Below the pieces are notes generated by a model. It had not been told where the DNA came from. It saw only the letters and a program-made list of their open reading frames with translations, and did no database searches. A stretch of DNA of 63,686 nt, filler included, from Octopus bimaculoides (taxonomy: Eukaryota): NCBI RefSeq assembly GCF_001194135.2. It is 7 parts of 7 records of this genome, joined end to end, with 100 filler letters (N's around TTAATTAATTAA, not from the genome) between each part and the next. Parts side by side here need not be neighbours in the genome. Positions count along the whole stretch, not along the records: positions 35,811 to 54,783 come from NC_068985.1; 6 more parts are not named here. The stretch is one strand, 5' to 3'. Of this stretch, positions 38,149 to 51,192 are shown piece by piece. The number at the start of each line of letters is the position of its first letter. Position 1 is the first letter of the stretch. Position numbers and translations under genes: made by a program.

Positions 38149-38469
38149 CCTGCCAAGAATTCACAACTACCTTGAACCCACAAGAGTAAACAAGAGACAC
38201 AGAGACTGGCGGAAACAAGGAAAATGCCCCTTGTATTTGAATACTATGCAAATATTCTTTTTAAAAACTTTTCTTTTAATTTTTCCAAAATTTAATTGTT
38301 TTCCATACTTACAGCTGAAAAAGTCTCAAAGACTGAAACCGATACTAAGATGCTTTTTATAAAATTATTTTAGCATTCTCTACCTTGACTTTTTTTCCAT
38401 ATATATCAACTCGTGTATTCCTTTTCAACATTATATATATATAATATTATTCTAGGAAAAAATTGAAAA

Positions 38470-38523
38470 TCTTACAGCTGTTTCTGGGATATCCCCAAGA
38501 ATGGGATATTCTGTCATCAGAAA
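38470..38523 (-). ncRNA. Minimal hammerhead ribozyme-like motif
   Basis: TTT-CTGATGA-...ATATCCC/GGGATAT hairpin...-GAAA-CAGCTG-TA-AGA; intact core, palindromic stem III ACAGCTGT, GUA triplet; base of stem II unpaired. Confidence 0.6.
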
Positions 38524-39452
38524 CAAATATAGAAAAAATAGGGGAAATGAGAATGTTATATATTAATGAGATGATGAACTAAAGGAAGTAAAGGAATAAG
38601 GAGATGGAAAGAAAGAAGAAAAACGAGAAGCATAAAAGTTCATAGTTCAACTTTCCGAAGTTATAGAATCCAGAGCATGAATCCTTAGGTGCAATCCTGG
38701 CAGATCCATGAGAATAAGTCCTTAGGTCCATGAGTGTCAGTCCTTTTTTTTGCAATGGGGTGATGGGTATGTAGGTAGTCGAGAATGCAAGAGTTAATTG
38801 AATGTTAAATTATCTATGAGTGGGAGTTTTAGCTAGGGGATTTATATTGCTAAAAATAGCTCTACAGCTACCAACCTTAGCCAGACGGACACAAGCATTT
38901 ACTACTAAATTATCTCCCCAACAACTTTAGACTTTAAGACTACGAGACATTTACTACTATCTCTAAATTCGTTTCACTTTGCTCTATTTTTTTTACCCTA
39001 TCTACTTCTATCTCCTCATCCTCTGTCTTATCTTCTCGGCTACCCCGTACACAATTCATAGACACCATACACCTATGCCCCTTACTTTATCCTATAGCCA
39101 ATCTTTAAAATCCCCCCACGTCACTCTACCTTTCTTTCTGTTTCTTTTCTTTTCTTTTACCACTTAATAGCCACCTCCACTACCATTCTGTTATTGAAAA
39201 TTGATATGTTCGCGTCATTTTTCTTGGGATGTCTACTATATCAGGATTTTAATCCACATGGATATACGCAGGATTGCACCTAAGGACTTACGCTCATAGA
39301 TCTGCGCAGGATTGCTTTGGTTTCTATAAAATCGGAAAGTTGAACTAAGAACTTTTATGCTTCTCTCTTTTCTTTTCATCTCTTTGTTCTTTTATTCCCT
39401 TCCTCTATTTCATCATCTCATTAATATATACCATTCCCATTTTCCCTATTTG

Positions 39453-39489
39453 TCTCTGATGACGGAATATGCCAAAAACAGGTGTTAGA
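39453..39489 (+). ncRNA. Degenerate hammerhead motif (paralog of 38470-38523)
   Basis: TCT-CTGATGA-CGGAATATGCC-AAAAAC-AGGT-GTT-AGA; the GAAA is mutated. Confidence 0.4.
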
Positions 39490-39770
39490 TTTTCAATTTT
39501 TTCCTGTAATAATATTGTATACGACTTGAGCTGTTTGCTTTCCTGTTTAACAATTATATATCCGCTGCATCGGAAATCTGCAATGGCTCCTTAACTACCG
39601 TCTCGGCTATAACCTTGGAGCCCTAGTAATCCGTTCCAGCATTTACCTAGCATACCTATTCGTTTAGATCACCTATGAACGAAACCCCATACTTTGTGCG
39701 TGAGTATATATCATATGGTATAATTATATAATGGCAAATTTTAGCCTTCTCTCAGCAGATATATTTATAC

Positions 39771-39829
<59 letters not shown>

Positions 39830-41608
39830 NNNNNNNNNNNNNNNNNNNNNNNNNNNNNNNNNNNNNNNNNNNNNNNNNNNNNNNNNNNNNNNNNNNNNNN
39901 NNNNNNNNNNNNNNNNNNNNNNNNNNNNNNNNNNNNNNNNNNNNNNNNNNNNNNNNNNNNNNNNNNNNNNNNNNNNNNNNNNNNNNNNNNNNNNNNNNNN
40001 NNNNNNNNNNNNNNNNNNNNNNNNNNNNNNNNNNNNNNNNNNNNNNNNNNNNNNNNNNNNNNNNNNNNNNNNNNNNNNNNNNNNNNNNNNNNNNNNNNNN
40101 NNNNNNNNNNNNNNNNNNNNNNNNNNNNNNNNNNNNNNNNNNNNNNNNNNNNNNNNNNNNNNNNNNNNNNNNNNNNNNNNNNNNNNNNNNNNNNNNNNNN
40201 NNNNNNNNNNNNNNNNNNNNNNNNNNNNNNNNNNNNNNNATATATATACACATATATATATATATATACACATACACACACACACACACATATATATATA
40301 TGTGTGTGTGTGTATGTGTGTGTGTGTGTGTGTGTGTGCGTGTGTTTTATATATATGTATATATACATATACATATATATTCATATATAACAAACGACAT
40401 TTCTGTGGCATTTCTTTTCTGATATATGTTTTATTAATTAACTGTATGTATGTATATATATATATATATAAGCATGCGTGTGTGTGTGTGTATGTGTATA
40501 CATACATACACACACACCACTACATGTGTAGTAGGTGCAGTGAAGGTGAGCGGTTAACAAAGTAGTATTGCAAATATGATGTTCCGAGTTCGAGCTCACA
40601 GTTAACTATATTGAAAATTGTCACATGCCTGGGTCGACTCATACATTGTAAGTGAAACTGGGTAGTCGGAGACTGTACAGAAGCCTGTACAGTGTATTGT
40701 ACATGTAATTCACAAACTACCGCCTTGTTACACGTACTGTGCAACGTCGATTCTGCCTCAGACTTCAGTTAAAGTTTTACGTGTCTTATATAATTAATTC
40801 AGGTAATTCAGAGGTGATTAGTTCATTTAATCGACCAACAGAATTCTCTTGCTAGAAATTCAGAGTTCACTACCACCGCAATATATATATATATATTTTG
40901 TCTGAAACGACCGACAGTATTATCCATTTTTGAATATTAATTCTGTTTTGGAATAGTATATCTGGAAGTGCAACGCACAGGGCTATAATGAATAGCAAAT
41001 GAATATATTGGGTTGAAACTCTCTTTGAGACAGAAAAAGTCGAAGATTCCGAGATTCAACTATGTATATATATTTATACACACACACACACACACACACG
41101 CATATATATNNNNNNNNNNNNNNNNNNNNNNNNNNNNNNNNNNNNNNNNNNNNNNNNNNNNNNNNNNNNNNNNNNNNNNNNNNNNNNNNNNNNNNNNNNN
41201 NNNNNNNNNNNNNNNNNNNNNNNNNNNNNNNNNNNNNNNNNNNNNNNNNNNNNNNNNNNNNNNNNNNNNNNNNNNNNNNNNNNNNNNNNNNNNNNNNNNN
41301 NNNNNNNNNNNNNNNNNNNNNNNNNNNNNNNNNNNNNNNNNNNNNNNNNNNNNNNNNNNNNNNNNNNNNNNNNNNNNNNNNNNNNNNNNNNNNNNNNNNN
41401 NNNNNNNNNNNNNNNNNNNNNNNNNNNNNNNNNNNNNNNNNNNNNNNNNNNNNNNNNNNNNNNNNGTGTGTCGATAAGCCAGCTGGAGGAGATGTCCTCC
41501 TGGGGCTAAAAGCAACAGTAACATCCACCCCTAGGGGTCAGCCACACTTAAGTGGCAATATACTACACTTTATCGTGCAGTTACTGTTAATACTTCATTT
41601 AGAGAATT

Positions 41609-41650
<42 letters not shown>

Positions 41651-42150
41651 TGTGTGTATGTGTGTGTATTGCACGCGCGTGTGTATTTGGCAATGTTTGA
41701 CAAAAGGTTTTCGATGACGACAACATATAAGAGCTGGAATTCTGAACACAAGAGAGCAAGTTCTATGAAAGAAAAGGAAAAGTCTATAACATATTCTATA
41801 ATTGATAATCCTGGTTATCGTTCCATCTAAGAAATTGGCCGATTCAGATTATCCGTGGGTACATAAATTCGGTCAAGATCCCTCCAAGTGTCAAGATTTT
41901 CCCTTCCGCCAACAATATCTTAACCACATAATATAACATTTTATCGTAGTATCGAAGGATGTATTGAATATTTTAACGAAAAAAAATTTCTTTTTTTATG
42001 CTGCTTGTTTTTTCATCTTCGCTGCAAATACTTTATGTCAATTCCACTTAACTTTAGCAAGAATATTCTAGCCAAACTCCGTCTACATCTGCTAACTAAA
42101 ACCAATAAATAATCAACAATGTTTCCAACGTTATGAAATTTTTAAATATT

Positions 42151-42194
<44 letters not shown>

Positions 42195-42465
42195 TAATAA
42201 TAATTTTAATTTTTAATAATAATAACAGCATTTAAAAAAATAAGCCGTCTATCATACCATAAATATGTGTCTGGAACCTATAGATATATGACAGTGAATT
42301 ATAACTTTTTATAAATAGTTGAGGTGTTTCTGTATTAGGTGTGTGTGTGTGTGTGTGTGTGGTTGCGCGCGCGCGTGGGTGCGTGTGTATACATTAAGAC
42401 ACACACCAGCACACAGTTGCATGCACATTCACACACCTACGGAAAGTACATACGGACACACGTAT

Positions 42466-42630
<165 letters not shown>

Positions 42631-43962
42631 TACACGCACACATACACACACACGTATAATATGTTTGTATGTATTTAGGTACTTATATAAATGTGCATAT
42701 ACAGAGGTGAGAGAGAGAGAGAGGAGAGAGAGAGGGGGAGAGAAAGAAAGAAACAGGCAGCAGACAGACAGAGAAAGATAGTCAGATTGATAGATGGATA
42801 GATAGCTTGACAGACAGACAGAGAGACAGACAGACAGAGAGACAGACAGACGAACAGATAAATAAATAGTCAGATAGACACATAGACAGACAGACTTAGA
42901 ATACCATTCTGGAACTATTTTTATATTAATCTTCAACAAAGCCATTGATTTCTACAGCGGAAAGCTAGTAACTCCACAGCATGGAAAATTTACATCGACA
43001 TTATGTGACGTAGTAAAATTAGAAAAACAAAAACTACAAAAACATTAACACATCTAATGCAAACATTTACTTTTTTTAAACCGAGAGCAACGATATCAAT
43101 TAAGAGACAACAGTGTCATATCAAACAATGTTCGATTTATTTCTGCATATATTTGTATATGTTCGTGTGTTAATGTGTTTGTCAGACAGTGTGTTGTGAA
43201 ATGTTTCGTTTGGGTAAGTTATCGCTTCTAGACATGCAAGTTCGACTTCGTATATAATTATTAGTTTTTACACTTTCAACGAAATACAATGTTTTGGTAC
43301 ATGAATTGCGTCAATATATCGATACTGTGTTTGGTTGTCCTGTGTTGTCTTAAACATGTTAAAACACATCCGAGTATCGAAAGCATGAGGCTGAAATATT
43401 AACGATGACATCGATGCACGAAGCGAATGTACGGATGTATTCTCATAAGGAGTGGCTGATATTCTCTAAAATGGTATAACAGTTCTTTCATGGATCAACA
43501 TTGATCTAGTAGACTTCTGAGCAAAGGTCTTTCATCCGTGGTCATCTTGTCTTTTTATTTTCAGATATAAATAAAATGAATGTCGCTCAGAATCACCGAT
43601 CATGAGTTTTCGGTTGTTCGGTCAACTAAAACACCAGGATCGATTAATTAGCTTTCAAGTGGCTTAGTGTCCTTCAGCCATGTGCATTTTTGATATAATT
43701 CTCAGGACGAATCAATGTGAGGCGGTGAGACAAGGCTGGACTTTGAAATTGAAGTTACTCCCAACTCGAAGGGCTTCAATACAGTTTCTGTCTACCCAAT
43801 TTCAATCACAAGGTATAAGTTCACGTAAGTCTAAAGAAAATAACATTTGCACCAAACGGGCAACGCAGCGGAATCCAATTGAGATCTCGTAATTCTTAAC
43901 TATTTGACCATATTGTGTTTGTTTTTCAGACATAAGGTAATCAAGTAGTTTTTCATTTAGAC

Positions 43963-44206
43963 CAGTGGTTTTCATCCGGGGTCCATATGGCCCTTGAAAG
44001 TCCATGTAAGGTTTTGTAGTTAAAATGTATATGGACTACATTGCTTATACTTCTACAATACATAAAATAGTCTAACATGTTGTTCATATAATAACCAGTA
44101 ATATTTAATTATTTAAAAATAATAGGATTTTTTAAACATTGAATGGCTATCCGACTAAAATAAGAATCAGACGGGTCCATAAGTAAAAAGTGGTTGAGAA
44201 CCACTA
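43963..44206. mobile_element. hAT-Charlie-type MITE
   Basis: TIRs CAGTGGTTTTCATCC / GGTTGAGAACCACTA; 8-bp TSD-like flanks ATTTAGAC and TTTTAGAT (6/8). Confidence 0.8.
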
Positions 44207-44237
44207 TTTTAGATGATAATATATAATTTGCGGGAGA

Positions 44238-44460
44238 AAGGCGGCGAGGTGGCTGAATCGTTAGCATGCTTAGCAAAATGTTTAGAAGTATTTCGTCCGT
44301 CTTTAAAATACTGCTGTGGCCGACGTTTTCTTTCATCCCTTTCGGGAACAATGAAGTAAGTAGCAGTTCAGTAATGAGCGACGATGGACTCGACGAACTC
44401 CTCTTCCTCCTGCTCCAATAATTTCTGACCTTGTACCAAAATTTGAAGCTAATATATGTT
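44238..44460 (+). mobile_element. SINE family A, diverged copy
   Basis: GGCGAGGTGGCTGAATCGTTAGC head, CTTTCATCCCTTTCGGG core, CCTTGTACCAAAATTTGAA tail. Confidence 0.7.
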
Positions 44461-45257
44461 TTGCGGGGGATGTGCTTTTTTTGTGGGGAGGACATTCTAA
44501 TATGGGGCAGATGAAAATTTGAGACGTTTACATACCATTCTTGAGATTCCTGTTTCCAGCCCAGATTGCAATATCTTCCGTTCTTTTCTATTAGCATTTG
44601 ATCAATTTCGCACGTGAACTGGAGTCGATTTTTTCCCATTAAATCCTTCAAGATGGTATCCCATCATGGCCGCAGCTCATCAACCGAAACGAATAAAAGA
44701 TAAAACATCAAAAATGAAAATTGTAAGACCATATTGTAAGCATATGACATATGCTATATTTATGTCATAGCAGTTTAATATACAAATGATATACAAGAGC
44801 AATACGTTAGTATATGTTATATTGTTTAATTCATTAAGGGTTTGTCCTTAAAGGAGTCGACTTCACTATTCTTTAGTTAAATCATATCGACTCCAATTCT
44901 AAGTTCATTGTGATTAATCGATATCTATTTAGTGAATGACTAGGTTACCATTTTTTATAAAGACACAACTTGGAAAGCTGGTTTCATGTGAATACAGAAC
45001 ACCTCGATACAAACACGTGTATACACATACAAATATAAATAATACCTACGCGCGCGCGCGCACACACACACACATACACACACGTATATATATATACGAT
45101 GTCTATTCCTCTCCCTCCTCTCCCTTTCACTCTCTGTCTCTTCCTCTCTCTCCTTCTCTCGCTCTTTCTCTCTTCTTCGCTTCCTTTCACTTCTTCCATC
45201 TCTGCACATCTATGCTGCTATATGCTCCTGTCTGTTGCCTTCTCTGCCCTCAGTGCG

Positions 45258-45367
<110 letters not shown>

Positions 45368-45908
45368 CTCAACCACTTTTTATCCTCCTACTACTGACAC
45401 TTGACTCGTATTTCTCTTTTTTCTCTCTTTCTCTTTTTCTTTTCACGCTTACTACTGAAGCAGCTGGTCATATTTTCTCTAGTCCCTCACTTCAAATTGT
45501 TTTGCTGTCTATTGTCCTTTTGCTTCCGACCCTTTAGGATTTTCCTCTTAGCGTTATCCATTAGTTCGTCTCCTGTCTGACCCTAACGCTGTATTCTGTT
45601 TATTTATGTCGTCTTGTTTTCGCCTTTGTCTTTCTATCGTCCTTTAATGGTCTCGTCATAAATCACATTTATTCATATTTGTATATCTACTTCTGTATTG
45701 CATGTTTATTCTATTCTTGTTTGTTCGTTCACGTTCTGTTATGCTTGGTCTCCTTTCCCGGCGGCTTCTTGTTTCCGGCGCTGCCAGAAGAGAACTAATA
45801 TTATCGTAAGGCGCGTAATTGCGTTTGACACTCCGGCCAATAACTGATAAGGATTTGGTGGCCTTACCTCTGTCCGTTTTATGTTTGTTTATGCATTTAT
45901 AATGTTTT

Positions 45909-45997
<89 letters not shown>

Positions 45998-46683
45998 CGC
46001 ACACACATGCATACACACGCACGCACATATATATATATATATGTATAAATACTTACATACATACATCGATGTGTGCGTGTGTGCGTGCATGTGTGTGCAT
46101 GTGTGAATACGCAGGCGCAGTATGAATGAGGTCTTGGTTTCGATTGCGTTGCGTGGCATCTTAAGCAAATATCATTTCCTCTAACTTCGGGTTGACTCCT
46201 ATTTTGTGAGGGAAATTAGGTGGAAGGAAACTATGTAGAAGTAGATCGGGTGTAGATTTCACTGTTATTTAATCGTTTTTACCTTGTCACTACACCCCTT
46301 GTCGTGCTGATTCTTAAAGGTACAAGATTACTTATGCGTTAATTCCATGATAATGATACTGTAATTCATCGAACAACTGAAAACGTATGGTTATAAATTG
46401 TGAGACGCTAATATAATGTAACTCCAATTTAAATGGGGTAGGAGGCTCGCCCCTTTTACTAAGAACTACCCGGTTCAGCACTACCACCTGGCCCTTGGAT
46501 GTTTTTAGCAGAGCTCGTTACATTACAAATATTCACTCCAGGCCTCCGGTAGGGATTTACTTAGCCCTATGAACACACTCCAGAAACCCATTTCCATAGA
46601 TTTTATCTATCACTCCACCATATTTCCTTCCAATATGTCTAAATTAATGCAGACAGTAATAAACATCAATATTCTTCAATTAC

Positions 46684-46722
<39 letters not shown>

Positions 46723-46728
46723 ATCTCA

Positions 46729-46783
<55 letters not shown>

Positions 46784-46787
46784 ACTT

Positions 46788-46819
<32 letters not shown>

Positions 46820-47857
46820 CCCCTTTCTCTATCTAACTATCTATCCCGCTCTCTCTCTCTATCTATCTACCTATTTATGTCTCTCCCTCTCTCTCTCTCT
46901 TTCTTTCACTCCCTCCTTCCCTCCCACCTTCTCCCCCTCTCTCTCTTCCCACCTTAATGAGCATCAGTACAGTATCTGTGAAGCCATATATACTGGTGAC
47001 CTACTGCTTTATATCACCCACTTGTGCAGTCCCGTTTACAAAACATTAGTTGAAATTAAATTGTTGCGCTCATCACAAAAACTGTTGCAGTTGCATCTCG
47101 TATGTAATTTCTTAGCGAAATTGTCCACTTATCATCTCCACACGTTTCTTAACTTTTAGATCTGTAGCTTTCAATAAGTTCTCAGTATCGAATGACCAAT
47201 CCTGTTTGTTCCTCACACTACCCAATTCTTCTCAACATCAATAACATAGTCACCCACCACCATATCCAACAACACTAACATTATGGCAGATGATGTAAGC
47301 TTTCATTCTACTTCAAATTCCCCAATCATTCATAAACAACATAGTCCTCACGCGCTAAATTCTCACGGAGAGCATGAGTAGAGATAGCGTGAGTACAGCT
47401 TCCAGTAGTGATATGCTAGTAATGTCTCTTTCAACAGCAACAAAGAACAAACACTGCTTATACCAAGTAAATCATTCCAGCCACGACCACACTGTTGATT
47501 GTCTCAGGCCTAATGTATCTCAGAAGTGTCCTTCCCTATTTTAAGCTGACAGGATTTGATGGAAACATGATTTTATCATTATTTTTGTCACAATGGTTCA
47601 TTTTGAGTAGGTTGGTTTTATTGATCACCTTCATTGATCGAGCAGTTCCGGGCAGACGTAAAGGCTTTCCAGTCGTGACATTCCTGTAGGTTTGAGATTA
47701 AGTAGTAATAGATTATCTAACATCACCTGGCTTAAGGTGATAGGGTGTGATTTAAGAAACATTTGGTTGCTTATGTTAGCATTTCGACAACCATATAAAA
47801 TATAATTTTAGTTAATTTTGAGTAGAATTTTGTTGTTGATTTTATTTTGTTATTGTT

Positions 47858-47888
<31 letters not shown>

Positions 47889-47891
47889 ATT

Positions 47892-47968
<77 letters not shown>

Positions 47969-48713
47969 ATTGTTTTTGTTGTTGTCTTTTTTAGCTTCGA
48001 GTAATTCTGGATACGGCCGACATTATGATGTAAAGTAAAGCAGCCTTGACAATAGTATCGCTTTTGTATGCGCATACCTAAGACAAAGCAACCCAGTGTG
48101 TCTTTCTTCCTTGAGACGTTAGCGTATAATTTGAAGGATATATAGCTACTACATTTTAGTAACCATGTAGAAATCCTTAATGAAAATAGTGAAACTGTCC
48201 TTTCCACTTACTAGAATTACTGTTGCCAATATAACTTACCACTGACGGACCGAAACGAAAATCTCTCATAAACCTACCCAAGCTTGTTTCCAGAAATCTT
48301 ACCATTTAGAATCAATGCCAAATACGAATTTGTATTGGTTAAAGGAATTTGGAAATTGGCCAATTGAATGAGTTGCTTTTACTGAAGGAAATAAGTACAT
48401 ACTGCGAACAATTAACTTTAATTGAAACTAAATTTTCACCCTGATATCAATTTACACATTATATAATATATCTGTCTTCGTATATTGCTATGGTTGCATG
48501 ACACGGACTAAGAATAAGTATGGCGTTCGACACAATGGCTTGTGGTTGTGCTTAGTTCCGGTCATTTACGCTTTGAGTGTAAATCCCGTCGAAGCGGGAT
48601 CAGCGATGTCTTTAATTTGCACGAAGACGAGAGAGTAACATTGAAATTATGTACTAGATCAGATATGATGAATTACATACCCCTCCAAATATGACAGCAT
48701 GTGACTGTATGAG

Positions 48714-48767
<54 letters not shown>

Positions 48768-48972
48768 TTAGTTATTAGCGATGGAAGTACTATTAGTTCA
48801 AGATAGCAATATTCATATCATGCTGTTAGTTCAAAATAGCAATCTGTATATCATACTTAACCTAGATATATTGTTGATAGCCTGCTGAACAGCGTATTTA
48901 TCTCGTGAAGGCGTCTCTTATAGATGTATTTCAGCAGTAGACAAAATTCGCCCAGCAGCGGCGGTGGCATTA

Positions 48973-49267
48973 CCAAATACGCATTTTTTGCTCTTTGGGT
49001 CTCGTCAGTAATAAGTAACCACTGGCATCATATGGTAAGCGAAAACCAGCCTTTAACAAATATATTTAAGCAATGGTTCTATGTCATTGATGCTGGATTT
49101 CGTCTCGAAAAAGTATCTCTCATAGATGTACAGTGTTCAATGAAAAAGCAAATATATCATCAGCAAAGGAAAAGCCATGCAGTACCGGTGCTCGTATTTC
49201 CAAATACCTATTTCTGCTTCTTTGAACTTCGTCAGTAACAGGTATTCACTGGCATGAATACGGTAAG
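48973..49267 (+). repeat. Diverged ~67-bp direct repeat pair, each ending in GGTAAG
   Basis: 48973-49039 vs 49200-49267 share CCAAATAC, CTTTG, TCGTCAGTAA, CACTGGCAT and GGTAAG in order. Confidence 0.6.
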
Positions 49268-51056
49268 TTATTAGGCTTTCAACAAGATACTTACTCTAAT
49301 ATACAGACTGCTACACTTGCACACACGCGCGCGCACACTCAGAGATACGCACACATATCCACACAATAATAATGCATCCCGGCGTTGCCCGTGGGTTATA
49401 ATCTACAGCCATATTGTATTATTTGCTCTTTTCTTATGGGCAAAATGGGCACAGCTGATATATAGTGAACTGGATTACTGGCCTAATGAAAGTTATTCAT
49501 TGTTTAAAAGTAAATGGGAAGGGTACAATTTGCATGGGTTTGCATGAAAGTGATTTCTGTTCTTAAGAAGGATCACAAGCTAAGTATTGTTTAATCGTAT
49601 CAAAGGGGATTTATACGAGTTTGCCTAGAAATCACGATTTCAAAATTTTGAATTCACCACATCCCCACTGCAATTTCTTAATTTGTAACTTCTTCGATTT
49701 TTTTTTTATCTACGTAGAAAAATATAGAAATTACGAATCTTGGAAATATATATTATCTTTTTTAAAGTTTAATTTTTCTTCAAAAAACNNNNNNNNNNNN
49801 NNNNNNNNNNNNNNNNNNNNNNNNNNNNNNNNNNNNNNNNNNNNNNNNNNNNNNNNNNNNNNNNNNNNNNNNNNNNNNNNNNNNNNNNNNNNNNNNNNNN
49901 NNNNNNNNNNNNNNNNNNNNNNNNNNNNNNNNNNNNNNNNNNNNNNNNNNNNNNNNNNNNNNNNNNNNNNNNNNNNNNNNNNNNNNNNNNNNNNNNNNNN
50001 NNNNNNNNNNNNNNNNNNNNNNNNNNNNNNNNNNNNNNNNNNNNNNNNNNNNNNNNNNNNNNNNNNNNNNNNNNNNNNNNNNNNNNNNNNNNNNNNNNNN
50101 NNNNNNNNNNNNNNNNNNNNNNNNNNNNNNNNNNNNNNNNNNNNNNNNNNNNNNNNNNNNNNNNNNNNNNNNNNNNNNNNNNNNNNNNNNNNNNNNNNNN
50201 NNNNNNNNNNNNNNNNNNNNNNNNNNNNNNNNNNNNNNNNNNNNNNNNNNNNNNNNNNNNNNNNNNNNNNNNNNNNNNNNNNNNNNNNNNNNNNNNNNNN
50301 NNNNNNNNNNNNNNNNNNNNNNNNNNNNNNNNNNNNNNNNNNNNNNNNNNNNNNNNNNNNNNNNNNNNNNNNNNNNNNNNNNNNNNNNNNNNNNNNNNNN
50401 NNNNNNNNNNNNNNNNNNNNNNNNNNNNNNNNNNNNNNNNNNNNNNNNNNNNNNNNNNNNNNNNNNNNNNNNNNNNNNNNNNNNNNNNNNNNNNNNNNNN
50501 NNNNNNNNNNNNNNNNNNNNNNNNNNNNNNNNNNNNNNNNNNNNNNNNNNNNNNNNNNNNNNNNNNNNNNTGTGTGTGTGCCAAAGGAATTTATTTTATC
50601 GCATTCTTTCGTTTGAAGCAGCGAAGTTGTCAACTTGATCATATGATCGATCATATGGAATCATATGATTGTTCGTAAATTTCTGTAAAAAAACAAGAAA
50701 TTATTTTTTTATGCTTTGAAGAGAAAGAAATTGAAAGAGGGGAGAAAGTTAGAAGGCGACATTTGCTTTGAAGTGAGAGCAGAAGTGAAACAGAGGAGAA
50801 AGTGAAAGATGTATGTACGTGTCTATGAAATGGACACATTTGTGTGTGTGCGTGTTTGCGTGTGAGGGAGAGATAGCTAGGGAGCGAGTAAAGGTGTTTT
50901 GTCTTGTATATATTTTTTGCACGTATGTGTAAGTGGCACTCACACACGCACACACACATTCTCTCTCTCTCTCACACACACACATACGTTCATATGCACG
51001 TACATAAATACATGTGCATACATCTTCTTTGCATATATGTTTATGTGTGCGTATGC

Positions 51057-51111
<55 letters not shown>

Positions 51112-51142
51112 NNNNNNNNNNNNNNNNNNNNNNNNNNNNNNN

Positions 51143-51192
<50 letters not shown>

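Larger units (their letters stand above)
38380..39540. mobile_element. Inverted pair of Penelope-like terminal repeats
   Basis: 38380-38740 (minus) corresponds to 39240-39540 (plus), e.g. AATCCTTAGGTGCAATCCTG vs CAGGATTGCACCTAAGGACT; each carries a hammerhead-like motif. Confidence 0.65.
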
